A stretch of 64,000 nt of DNA from Macrostomum hystrix. Its lineage: Eukaryota; Animalia; Platyhelminthes. Location of the stretch: the NCBI GenBank assembly GCA_950097015.1, contig CATNEN010000034.1:372001-436000 (forward strand), read 5' to 3'. The translations under genes and the position numbers were made by a program. This document shows, piece after piece, positions 10,601 to 21,300 of the stretch (position 1 is its first letter; every line of letters begins with the position of its first letter). The notes under the pieces were generated by a model. It ran no database searches. It worked only from the letters and a program-made list of their open reading frames with translations, and was not told the origin of the DNA.

Positions 10601-13600
10601 TGTGCGTCAGGTTTGGCAGAGCTCGGAGATCCAACAGGCACAGCATCTGTGGAAATTTTTTTGAAAAAGTATGATATTATAAAATCAATATGGACTCAAG
10701 AAAATTGTGCAAAGTGCGAAATATAAAGACGGAGAGGGAGAGGTGATATAGTAGAGAGTAGAAAGCAGGCAACAGCTTGACCCCAACACATACTCATACT
10801 AAAAGCTTTAGGTCTCGCCAGTCTACTAGCAATGAAGTAGGATAGGGGCTCGACTCTATGAAATCAATGCCCGCTGCACACAGCTGCATGGCTAATATAC
10901 CCGCCTGTGTGCTATTGTGAGAATCGCAATTCGTTTTGCTGACTATTTTAATTGGCAGCAGACTTGGAAAAGCTGGAGAGAAATTTGGCTCACCATTCCA
11001 CCATCAAATATTCATAGATTTGTTTTCATGGGCGTGTTAATTATTGCACTAAATTTCATGCCTAAAAATTTTTTACTGCCTTATAGCTGTGAGTCTAGAA
11101 TTAGCCAGAAACAGTGGATATGGAGGATGGCATTAGCCAGAAACAGTGGATATGAAGGATGGCATTAGCCAGAAACAGTGGATGTGGAGGATGGCAATTG
11201 CCAGAAACAGTGGATATGAAGGATGGCATTAGCCAGAAACAGTGGATGTGGAGGATGGCAATTGCCAGAAACAGTGGATATGGAGGATGGCATTAGCCAG
11301 AAACAGTGGATGTGGAGGATGGCATTAGCCAGAAACAGTGGATATGGAGGATGGCATTAGCCAGAAACAGTGGATGTGGAGGATGGCATTAGCCAGAAAC
11401 AGTGGATGTGGAGGATGGCATTAGCAAGAAACAGTGGATGTGGAGGATGGCAATTGCCAGAAACAGTGGATATGAAGGATGGCATTAGCCAGAAACAGTG
11501 GATGTGGAGGATGGCAATTGCCAGAAACAGTGGATATGGAGGATGGCATTAGCCAGAAACAGTGGATGTGGAGGATGGCAATTGCCAGAAACAGTGGATG
11601 TGGAGGATGGCAATTGCCAGAAACAGTGGATGTGGAGGATGGCAATTGCCAGAAACAGTGGATATGGAGGATGGCATTAGCCAGAAACAGTGGATGTGGA
11701 GGATGGCAATTGCCAGAAACAGTGGATGTGGAGGATGGCAATTGCCAGAAACAGTGGATATGGAGGATGGCATTAGCCAGAAACAGTGGATGTGGAGGAT
11801 GGCAATTGCCAGAAACAGTGGATGTGGAGGATGGCATTAGCCAGAAACAGTGGATGTGAAATTAGCAAACGTTCTAAAGCTGAAAAAACAAACATTTTAG
11901 GATGAAAAGAACCAGATTATGACGACAAACGTTTGGCTAAGAGAGGTAAGAACAAATGCTATATGATTTATTCTATAATTCAAACGAGTCAGATAAATAA
12001 ACCTTTCATCATGATTTTAGGTTTGGTACGACAGCAAGCTGACTTGGGATCCGGCAAAGTATCACGGTGTGAGCACACTTTACATCCCATCTGAGCACAT
12101 CTGGCTGCCTGATATTGTGCTCTATAACAAGTGAGAATTGTATGCTCTTGTATACTCTTGTATGCTCTTGTATGCTCTTGTATACTATTGTATACTCTTG
12201 TATGCTCTTGTATGCTCTTGTACACTCTTGTATGCTCTTGTACACTCTTGTATGCTCTTGTATGCTCTTGTACACTCTTGTACACTCTTGTATGCTCTTG
12301 TATGCTCTTATATGCTCTTGTATGCTCTTGTATGCTCTTGTATGCTCTTGTATGCTCTTGTATGCTCTTGTATACTCTTGTATACTCTTGTATACTCTTG
12401 TATGCTCTTGTATACTCTTGTATGCTCTTGTATGCTCTTGTATACTCTTGTATGCTCTTGTATACTCTTGTATACTCTTGTATGCTCTTGTATACTCTTG
12501 TATACTCTTGTATGCTCTTGTATACTCTTGTATGCTCTTGTATGCTCTTGTACACTCTTGTATGCTCTTGTACACTCTTGTATGCTCTTGTATGCTTTTG
12601 TATGCTCTTGTATGCTCTTGTATGCTCTTGTATGCTCTTGTATGCTCTTGTACACTCTTGTACACTCTTGTATGCTCTTGTATACTCTTGTACACTCTTG
12701 TATGCTCTTGTATACTCTTGCATACTCTTGTATGCTCTTGTATGCTCTTGTATGCTTTTGTATGCTCTTGTATGCTCTTGTATACTCTTGTATGCTCTTG
12801 TATGCTCTTGTATACTCTTGTATGCTCTTGTATACTCTTGTATACTCTTGTATGCTCTTGTATACTCTTGTATGCTCTTGTATGCTCTTGTATACTCTTG
12901 TATGCTCTTGTATGCTCTTGTACACTCTTGTATGCTCTTGTACACTCTTGTATGCTCTTGTATGCTTTTGTATGCTCTTGTATGCTCTTGTATGCTCTTG
13001 TATGCTCTTGTATGCTCTTGTACACCCTTGTACACTCTTGTATGCTCTTGTATGCTCTTATATACTCTTGTATGCTCTTGTATGCTCTTGTATACTCTTG
13101 TATGCTCTTGTATGCTATTGTATGCTTTTGTATGCTCTTGTATGCTCTTGTATGCTCTTGTATACTCTTGTATGCTCTTGTATACTCTTGTATACTCTTG
13201 TATGCTCTTATATGCTCTTGTATACTCTTGTATGCTCTTGTATACTTTTGTATGCTCTTGTATACTCTTGTATGCTCTTGTACACTCTTGTATGCTCTTG
13301 TACACTCTTGTATGCTCTTGTATGCTCTTGTATGCTCTTGTATGCTCTTGTATGCTCTTGTATGCTCTTGTATGCTCTTGTATGCTCTTGTATACTCTCT
13401 CCTGCTCTCACTATCTCTCTCCTGCTCACACTGTCTCTCTCCTGCTCTCACTGTCTCTCTCCTGCTCTCACTGTCTCTCTCCTGCTCTCACTGTCTCTCT
13501 CCTGCTCTCACTGTCTCTCTCCTGCTCTCACTGTCTCTCTCCTGCTCTCACTGTCTCTCTCCTGCTCTCACTGTCTCTCTCCTGCTCTCACTGTCTCTCT

Positions 13601-16600
13601 CCTGCTCTCACTGTCTATCTCCTGCTCTCACTGTCTCTCTCCTGCTCTCACTGTCTCTCCCCTGCTCTCACTGTCTCTCCCCTGCTCCCACTGTCTCTCC
13701 CCTGCTCTCACTGTCTCTCTCCTGCTCTCACTGTCTCTCTCCTGCTCTCACTGTCTCTCTCCCGCTCTCACTGTCTCTCGCCTGCTCTCACTGTCTCAAT
13801 TCTCCAGCGCTGACGGCAACTACGAAGTGACTCTGATGACGAAGGCGTCCCTAAAGAGCACAGGAAAAATTCTTTGGGAGCCGCCAGCCATCTACAAGTC
13901 GTCCTGCCAGATTGATGTCGAATTCTTCCCGTTTGACAGTCAGGAGTGCACCATGAAGTTCGGCAGCTGGACCTACGACGGATTGCAGGTGGCAACTGAT
14001 TTTAACTGCTATGTTATACTCTTCTACTCCAACCTTGGCTCTATTTGCAATAGATAGTCCTTGCTGTTTTCCTTCTCACACTTGGTCCCCTATCCCTCTT
14101 AGTTCTCCCTTTTCCTCTTGCATCTCCCTCTTGCATCTCCCTCTTGCACCTCCCTCTTGCATCTCCCTCTTGCATCTCCCTCTTGCATCTCCCTCTTGCA
14201 TCTCCCTCTTGCATCTCCCTCTTGCATCTCCCTCTTGCATCTCCCTCTTGCATCTCCCTCTTGCACCTCCCTCTTGCATCTCCCTCTTGCATCTCCCTCT
14301 TGCATCTCCCTCTTGCCTCTCACATATTCTGCTCCCTCGCACCTGGCCCTCTACCTCTCACCTTACCTCTCCTTCTCCCTCTGATTTTAATTCTCTCCTG
14401 ATTGGTTGAAATGCTGAAAGGTTGGCAAGTGTCGGTCGAGTTGCGGCAAGTTAGCTTAGCCTATGCTTTACAGAAAAGATAGACCGAGAATCAACTGCTT
14501 CAACCTGGCAAGAAGCCCGAGTCAGCGATTTTCCGCTCGGTGGCCCTATCTCTAGCTTGCGATTCCCAGCTCTTCAATTTGCTCAGACGAATCCGAGCCT
14601 ATTTGGCCAGCCGCTGATAAGATGGATTTTTCTACTCGCTTATGGGATTTTACTAGCATTATTATCCCCTGCTATTCCTGCTAGAACTGAGACAAAAAGC
14701 ATAGCGAGAATTGACTATTTCAGTCTTCGAACCAGAGCCAACCCCATTGGTTCTCAAATGTGCTAAAAAGTGTGCTCACATCCCAGCTCAGTTTCTAAAA
14801 GTGTGCTCACATCCCAGCTCAGTTTCTAAAAGTGTGCTCACATCCCAGCTCAGTTTCTAAAAGTGTGCTCACATCCCAGCTCAGTTTCTAAAAGTGTGCT
14901 CACATCCCAGCTCAGTTTCTAAAAGTGTGCTCACATCCCAGCTCAGTTTCTAAAAGTGTGCTCACATCCCAGCTCAGTTTCTAAAAGTGTGCTCACATCC
15001 CACCTATTAATCCCGCTCAGTTTCTAAAAGTGTGCCCAAATCCCACCTATTAATCCCGCTCAGTTTCTAAATGTGTGCTCAAATCCCACCTATTAATCCC
15101 GCTCAGTTTCTAAAAGTGTGCTCAAATCCCACCTATTAATCCCGCTCAGTTTCTAAAAGTGTGCTCAAATCCCACCTATTAATCCCGCTCAGTTTCTAAA
15201 AGTGTGCTCAAATCCCACCTATTAATCCCGCTCAGTTTCTAAAAGTGTGCTCAAATCCCACCTATTAATCCCCTCAGTTTCTAAAAGTGTGCTTAAATCC
15301 CACCTATTAATCCCTCTCAGTTTCTAAATATAACTGAATCGCACTAAATCTCTTCAGGTCGACCTTCGACATATTCAGCAGGCCAACACCACCGACTGGG
15401 AGGTCGACTACGGCATCGATCTCGAGACCTTCTACGAGTCCACCGAGTGGGACGTGATGAGCGTACCCGCCAGACGCAACGAGAAGACCTACCCCTGCTG
15501 CCCCGAGCCCTACCCCGATATCACCTTCACCATCGTGCTGCGCCGCAAAACCCTGTTCTACACCGTCAACCTCATCATTCCCTGCGTGGCCATCAGCTTC
15601 CTGACCGTCATGGTGTTCTACCTGCCATCGGACAGCGGCGAGAAAATCACTCTGTGCATCTCCATCCTTCTGGCCCTGACTGTGTTCTTCCTGCTGCTGG
15701 CTGAGACAATTCCGCCAACATCTCTAGTTGTGCCGCTGATTGGCAAATACCTGCTGTTCACAATGATCTTGGTCACATTGTCCATCGTTGTTACCGTGGT
15801 TGTGCTCAATGTGCACTTCAGGGGTCCGAGCACTCACCGGATGGCGCCATGGGTGCGCAGACTGTTCCTGGAGTCGCTGCCGGAGCTGCTGCTGATGCGC
15901 CGGCCCGATATGCACGAGGTGGGCCGCCGGCAATGGAGCCCACCTGATTCCATTTCTTGTTTTCTAGCGATCATTGAGCCAGAAACGCATTTCCCCATCA
16001 CCAGCTGTAATATGGGTACCAACAGGGGGTCGGTGGCAGAGCGGTTAACGCGTTTGCCTCTCACACCACGGTCCCTAAGTTCGATTCCGCGGCGAGGCCA
16101 CATTCATTTGGGGCGCAGCCGCGGAGAGAAGGCTTGGGGGCTTGTCGTGCAATTTACGCAATTGAGGGCATACTTTCAAGCCACAGTGGCAGTTTTCAGT
16201 GCCTGACGATGAGAATACTCAGAACACGCCTGTGTCAGCGTATGTCTGTATACGGTATCTGTGTGCGCGTGTGCTCATGAATCAGTGGAATGGGCAGAAT
16301 TGCCTCCTCGCTGGCTGCGGGTCTAATGTTACCAAATGATGTACCACTGCCCACAGCCCTCCTTCAATTTTCTTATTATTATTTTTATGGGTACCAACAC
16401 AAGACATCCTGTTTTCCGCTCTCCCTACTATGAGTAGTTTCAAACTCGCACTTTCCTCAACCTGAGCATCATCTGCTTGTCTCCGCAGCGCCTGCAAGAC
16501 CTCGGTCGCGCCACACTAAATCGAGGCCGCGCCTCCATGCAATATCCACCGAATCAGCGGCAGCAGCAGCCGCTCCTTGAACAGTCAGAGCCGTCGGCGG

Positions 16601-17180
16601 CGTCACCGGGCACCGCCAGACACCGACGTCTCGCCAGGGATCTGGAGGCGCTTCTGATCAACTCGAGCTCGGCTGAGACTGCATCTTTGAGCAGTGCATG
16701 GCAGCAGCAGCAGCAGCAGCAGCGGTCGACTCAGCCGAGATTCAAGCGAGACGTGCGAGCCGCGCTAGATGGAGTCGAGTTCATCGCGCGGCATCTGAAA
16801 CAGGAAGACTTGGAAAAGAGTGTACGCTAGCTGGCCTTTTCAATAAGCGGCGTAAAAATCCTTTCTTTTAGTCTGAAATTCTCGTCAAAATGCCGCCTTC
16901 CAGATCAAAGAGGACTGGAAGTTTGTTGCCATGGTGCTCGACAGACTGTTTCTATGGATCTTTTCCATTGCGTGCATCCTAGGTGAGTTTGATGTGACCA
17001 GTCCAGACACGCGTAGAACACGATAACATCCTGGCTGTGTGAAAACCGAAACGGCACTTTCCCCTTACAGGCACCGTTGGCATAATTCTGCAAGCTCCAT
17101 CTCTGTACGATGGCAATCTGCCGATCGATTTGAAGAATTTGTCGCACCTCTCGGAGCAGGGCATACTTAACGACATCTGA
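7630..17180 (+). CDS. Nicotinic acetylcholine receptor alpha subunit, cation-selective; join(7630..7666,9786..9934,11901..11945,12021..12130,13808..13988,15358..15918,16489..16821,16904..16982,17071..17180), 534 aa
   Basis: All intron phases compatible (1605 nt total). Signal peptide; [12 protein letters not shown]; loop [15 protein letters not shown]; Cys-loop [15 protein letters not shown]; loop B GSWTYDG; loop C YPCCPEPY (vicinal Cys = alpha); GEKITL before M2; M4 [19 protein letters not shown]. Confidence 0.96.
8350..9612. repeat. 28-bp minisatellite (CACAAGCGGTGAATCACAGTCAATGTGT)n in nAChR intron 1
   Basis: Period 28 (8641, 8669). Confidence 0.97.
9786..9934 (+). CDS. nAChR exon 2
   Basis: ccag|GT CAC TGC... 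[50 protein letters not shown]|gtcagt. Confidence 0.95.
10092..10600. repeat. 39/40-bp minisatellite (TTAAGAACAGCTTTTTACCATAGACAATAGCGGCTAAGGG-like)
   Basis: Period 40 (10093, 10133, 10173). Confidence 0.95.
11099..11857. repeat. 32-bp minisatellite (GCCAGAAACAGTGGATGTGGAGGATGGCATTA)n
   Basis: Directly visible; source of the repetitive ORFs at 11370-11859. Confidence 0.97.
11901..11945 (+). CDS. nAChR exon 3 (45 nt)
   Basis: ttttag|[15 protein letters not shown]|gtaag; classic 45-nt nAChR exon with loop D Trp. Confidence 0.95.
12021..12130 (+). CDS. nAChR exon 4 (110 nt)
   Basis: ttttag|[38 protein letters not shown]|gtgag. Confidence 0.96.
12138..13396. repeat. 10-bp satellite (TATGCTCTTG/TATACTCTTG/TACACTCTTG)n in nAChR intron 4
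   Basis: Directly visible; source of the YKSIQEHTR and LLYALVCSC pseudo-ORFs. Confidence 0.98.
13397..13797. repeat. 20-bp minisatellite (CCTGCTCTCACTGTCTCTCT)n in nAChR intron 4
   Basis: Directly visible; ends ~10 nt before the acceptor. Confidence 0.98.
13808..13988 (+). CDS. nAChR exon 5 (Cys-loop)
   Basis: ctccag|[14 protein letters not shown]...[36 protein letters not shown]|gt. Confidence 0.96.
14115..14320. repeat. 13-bp minisatellite (CTCTTGCATCTCC)n
   Basis: Period 13 (14161, 14174). Confidence 0.95.
14765..15328. repeat. Compound minisatellite: 31-bp unit switching to a 43-bp unit
   Basis: TTTCTAAAAGTGTGCTCACATCCCAGCTCAG then TTTCTAAAAGTGTGCTCAAATCCCACCTATTAATCCCGCTCAG. Confidence 0.95.
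15358..15918 (+). CDS. nAChR exon 6 (loops F/C, M1-M3)
   Basis: cttcag|VDLRHI...[18 protein letters not shown]...[21 protein letters not shown]...[20 protein letters not shown]...DMHE|gtgggc. Confidence 0.96.
16025..16385 (+). mobile_element. tRNA-derived SINE, full-length copy 2 (in nAChR intron 6)
   Basis: A-box TGGCAGAGCGG, B-box GTTCGATTCC, (TTA)n/T tail; perfect 14-bp TSD TATGGGTACCAACA (16011-16024, 16386-16399); homologous to 2877-3246. Confidence 0.9.
16489..16821 (+). CDS. nAChR exon 7 (M3-M4 loop and MA helix)
   Basis: ccgcag|RLQDLG...QQQQ...[25 protein letters not shown]|gtacgc. Confidence 0.92.
16904..16982 (+). CDS. nAChR exon 8 (M4)
   Basis: ttccag|[27 protein letters not shown]|gtgagt. 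Confidence 0.95.
17071..17180 (+). CDS. nAChR exon 9 (terminal)
   Basis: ttacag|[20 protein letters not shown]...NDI*. Confidence 0.94.
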
Positions 17181-17329
17181 GGCATTGGCAACCAAAAACT
17201 GCGCCTTTCCGTCGATATTTTCTAACCAAACAGTTTTTGCAGGTAAATCGCGTCCCTAGGCTACTACTAGTATGAGTAGCTTGTAGCATCCACTGCGGTA
17301 CAAAAATGTATTGCTCGATTCATTACTGT

Positions 17330-18115
17330 CTGATCCCCATTCACCATATCTGATGCCATTTCTTTCGCTCTGATACCCTTTGACTCTCTCTGATCCCATC
17401 TCAGTCTCTCTGATCCCTTCTCAGTCTCTCTGATCCCTTCTCAGTCTCTCTGATCCCATCTCAGCCTCTCTGATCCCTTCTCAGTCTCTCTGATCCCTTC
17501 TCAGTCTCTCTGATCCCTTCTCAGTCTCTCTGATCCCTTCTCAGTCTCTCTGATCCCTTCTCAGCCTCTCTGATCCCTTCTCAGTCTCTCTGATCCCATC
17601 TCAGTCTCTCTGAGTCCCTTCTCAGTCTCTCTGATCCCTTCTCAGTCTCTCTGATCCCTTCTCAGTCTCTCTGATCCCTTCTCAGTCTCTCTGATCCCAT
17701 CTCAGTCTCTCTGATCCCTTCTCAGTCTCTCTGAGTCCCATCTCAGTCTCTCTGATCCCTTCTCAGTCTCTCTGATCCTTCTCAGTCTATCTGATATCTT
17801 CTCACTCTCTCTGGTCCCTTCTCAGTCTTTATGATCCCTTCTCAGTCTCTCTGATCCCTTCTCAGTCTCTTTGATCCCATCTCAGTCTCTCTGATCCCTT
17901 CTCAGTCTCTCTGATCTCTTCTCACTCTGTCTGATCCCATCTCAGTCTCTCTGATCCCTTCTCACTCTGTCTGATCCCATCTCAGTCTCTCTGATCCCTT
18001 CTCAGTCTCTCTGATCCCATCTCAGTCTCTCTGATCCCTTCTCAGTCTCTCTGATCTCATCTCAGTCTCTCTGATCCCATCTCAGTCTCTCTGATCCCTT
18101 CTCAGTCTTTATAAT
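17330..18115. repeat. 20-bp minisatellite (TCTCTGATCCCTTCTCAGTC)n
   Basis: Directly visible. Confidence 0.96.
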
Positions 18116-18344
18116 CTCCTTTCACCCAAAATGACCAATATTCAATCTCTTTATTCCATAATACTCCCTCTGATTTTGTTAATTATTTCGTACTAGTAAG
18201 CAAAATCTCATTAAAGCTGAATAGCACACTCGATTCCAACTGCTGAAAGCACTTTTTTCATTCTTAAAATATACTGCGGAACACATAATGTGTCTCATTG
18301 TTTATAAACAATTTCCGTTTAGCTCAATAAATCTTACTTTAGAT

Positions 18345-21300
18345 TCGGTACAAATCTCATAGTAGATTCAATACAAATCTCATAGGAGATTCAGCACAAA
18401 TCTCATAGTAGATTCAGCACAAATCTCACGGTAGATTCAACACAAATCTCACAGTTGATTCAGCACAAATCTCACAGTAGATTCAGCACAAATCTCACAG
18501 TAGATTCAACACAAATCTCACAGTAGATTCAACACAAATCTCACAGTAGATTCAACACAAATCTCACAGTAGATTCAGCACAAATCTCACAGTAGATTCA
18601 GCACAAATCCCATAGTAGATTCAGCACAAATCTCACAGTAGATTCAGCACAAATCTCACAGTAGATTCAGCACAAATCTCACAGTAGATTCAGCACAAAT
18701 CCCATAGTAGATTCAGCACAAATCTCACAGTAGATTCAACACAAATCTCACAGTAGATTCAACACAAATCTCACAGTAGATTCAGTACAAATCTCACAGT
18801 AGATTCAGCACAAATCCCATAGTAGATTCAGCACAAATCTCACAGTAGATTCAGCACAAATCCCATAGTAGATTCAGCACAAATCTCAAAGTAGATTCAG
18901 CACAAATCCCATAGTAGATTCAACACAAATCTCACAGTAGATTCAGCACAAATCCCACAGTAGATTCAGCACAAATCTCACAGTAGATTCAGCACAAATC
19001 CCATAGTAGATTCAGCACAAATCTCAAAGTAGATTCAGCACAAATCCCATAGTAGATTCAGCACAAATCTCAAAGTAGATTCAGCACAAATCTCATAGCA
19101 GATTCAACACAAATCTCACAGTAGATTCAGCACAAATCTCACAGTAGATTCAGCACAAATCCCATAGTAGATTCAGCACAAATCTCAAAGTAGATTCAGC
19201 ACAAATCCCATAGTAGATTCAGCACAAATCCCATAGTAGATTCAACACAAATCTCAAAGTAGATTCAGCACAAATCTCATAGCAGATTCAACACAAATCT
19301 CACAGTAGATTCAGCACAAATCTCACAGTAGATTCAGCACAAATCTCACAGTAGATTCAGCACAAATCCCATAGTAGATTCAGCACAAATCTCAAAGTAG
19401 ATTCAGCACAAATCCCATAGTAGATTCAGCACAAATCTCAAAGTAGATTCAGCACAAATCTCATAGCAGATTCAACACAAATCTCACAGTAGATTCAGCA
19501 CAAATCTCACAGTAGATTCAGCACAAATCTCACAGTAGATTCAGCACAAATCTCACAGTAGATTCAGCACAAATCTCACAGTAGATTCAACACAAATCCC
19601 ACAGTAGATTCAGCACAAATCCCACAGTAGATTCAGCACAAATCCCACAGTAGATTCAGCACAAATCTCACAGTAGATTCAACACAAATCCCATAGTAGA
19701 TTCAGCACAAATCCCACAGTAGATTCAACACAAATCTCACAGTAGATTCAACACAAATCCCACAGTAGATTCAGCACAAATCCCATAGTAGATTCAGCAC
19801 AAATCTCAAAGTAGATTCAGCACAAATCCCATAGTAGATTCAGCACAAATCTCAAAGTAGATTCAGCACAAATCTCATAGCAGATTCAACACAAATCTCA
19901 CAGTAGATTCAGCACAAATCTCACAGTAGATTCAGCACAAATCTCACAGTAGATTCAGCACAAATCTCACAGTAGATTCAGCACAAATCAGCACAAATCC
20001 CATAGTAGATTCAGCACAAATCTCAAAGTAGATTCAGCACAAATCTCATAGCAGATTCAACACAAATCTCACAGTAGATTCAGCACAAATCTCACAGTAG
20101 ATTCAGCACAAATCTCACAGTAGATTCAGCACAAATCTCACAGTAGATTCAGCACAAATCCCACAGTAGATTCAGCACAAATCCCACAGTAGATTCAGCA
20201 CAAATCCCATAGTAGATTCAGCACAAATCCCATAGTAGATTCAGCACAAATCCCACAGTAGATTCAGCACAAATCTCAAAGTAGATTCAGCACAAATCTC
20301 AAAGTAGATTCAGCACAAATCCCACAGTAGATTCAGCACAAATCCCATAGTAGATTCAGCACAAATCTCAAAGTAGATTCAGCACAAATCCCATAGTAGA
20401 TTCAGCACAAATCTCAAAGTAGATTCAGCACAAATCTCATAGCAGATTCAACACAAATCTCACAGTAGATTCAGCACAAATCTCACAGTAGATTCAGCAC
20501 AAATCTCACAGTAGATTCAGCACAAATCTCACAGTAGATTCAGCACAAATCCCATAGTAGATTCAGCACAAATCCCACAGTAGATTCAGCACAAATCCCA
20601 CAGTAGATTCAGCACAAATCCCATAGTAGATTCAGCACAAATCCCACAGTAGATTCAGCACAAATCCCACAGTAGATTCAGCACAAATCCCACAGTAGAT
20701 TCAGCACAAATCTCACAGTAGATTCAACACAAATCCCATAGTAGATTCAGCACAAATCCCACAAATCTCACAGTAGATTCAACACAAATCTCACAGTAGA
20801 TTCAGCACAAATCTCATAGTAGATTCAGCACAAATCTCACAGTAGATTCAGCACAAATCTCAAAGTAGATTCAGCACTAATCCCATAGTAGATTCAGCAC
20901 AAATCTCAAAGTAGATTCAGCACAAATCTCATAGCAGATTCAACACAAATCTCACAGTAGATTCAGCACAAATCCCATAGTAGATTCAGCACAAATCTCA
21001 AAGTAGATTCAGCACAAATCCCATAGTAGATTCAGCACAAATCTCAAAGTAGATTCAGCACAAATCCCATAGTAGATTCAACACAAATCTCACAGTAGAT
21101 TCAGCACAAATCTCACAGTAGATTCAGCACAAATCTCACAGTAGATTCAGCACAAATCTCACAGTAGATTCAGCACAAATCTCACAGTAGATTCAACACA
21201 AATCCCACAGTAGATTCAGCACAAATCCCACAGTAGATTCAGCACAAATCTCAAAGTAGATTCAGCACAAATCCCATAGTAGATTCAGCACAAATCTCAA

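Noticed and set aside
11989-14057. Long ORFs of 438-639 aa
   Set aside because: Translations of 10- and 20-bp repeats open on both strands; only 13808-13988 is a real exon.
16022-16036. CAGGGGGTCGG resembling the hAT TIR
   Set aside because: It spans the TSD and SINE 5' end and has no partner TIR; coincidental.
15919-16206. Continuation of ORF 15454-16206 past 15918
   Set aside because: Read-through into the intron and SINE; the true frame resumes at 16489.
16200-16250. Possible hammerhead ribozyme in the SINE body (CTGACGA-TGAG-aata-CTCA-GAAC)
   Set aside because: CUGANGA and a short stem are present, but the required GAAA is GAAC in one copy and GAGC in the other, and no stem I/III with an NUH site is conserved. 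An Infernal search on a family consensus would settle it.
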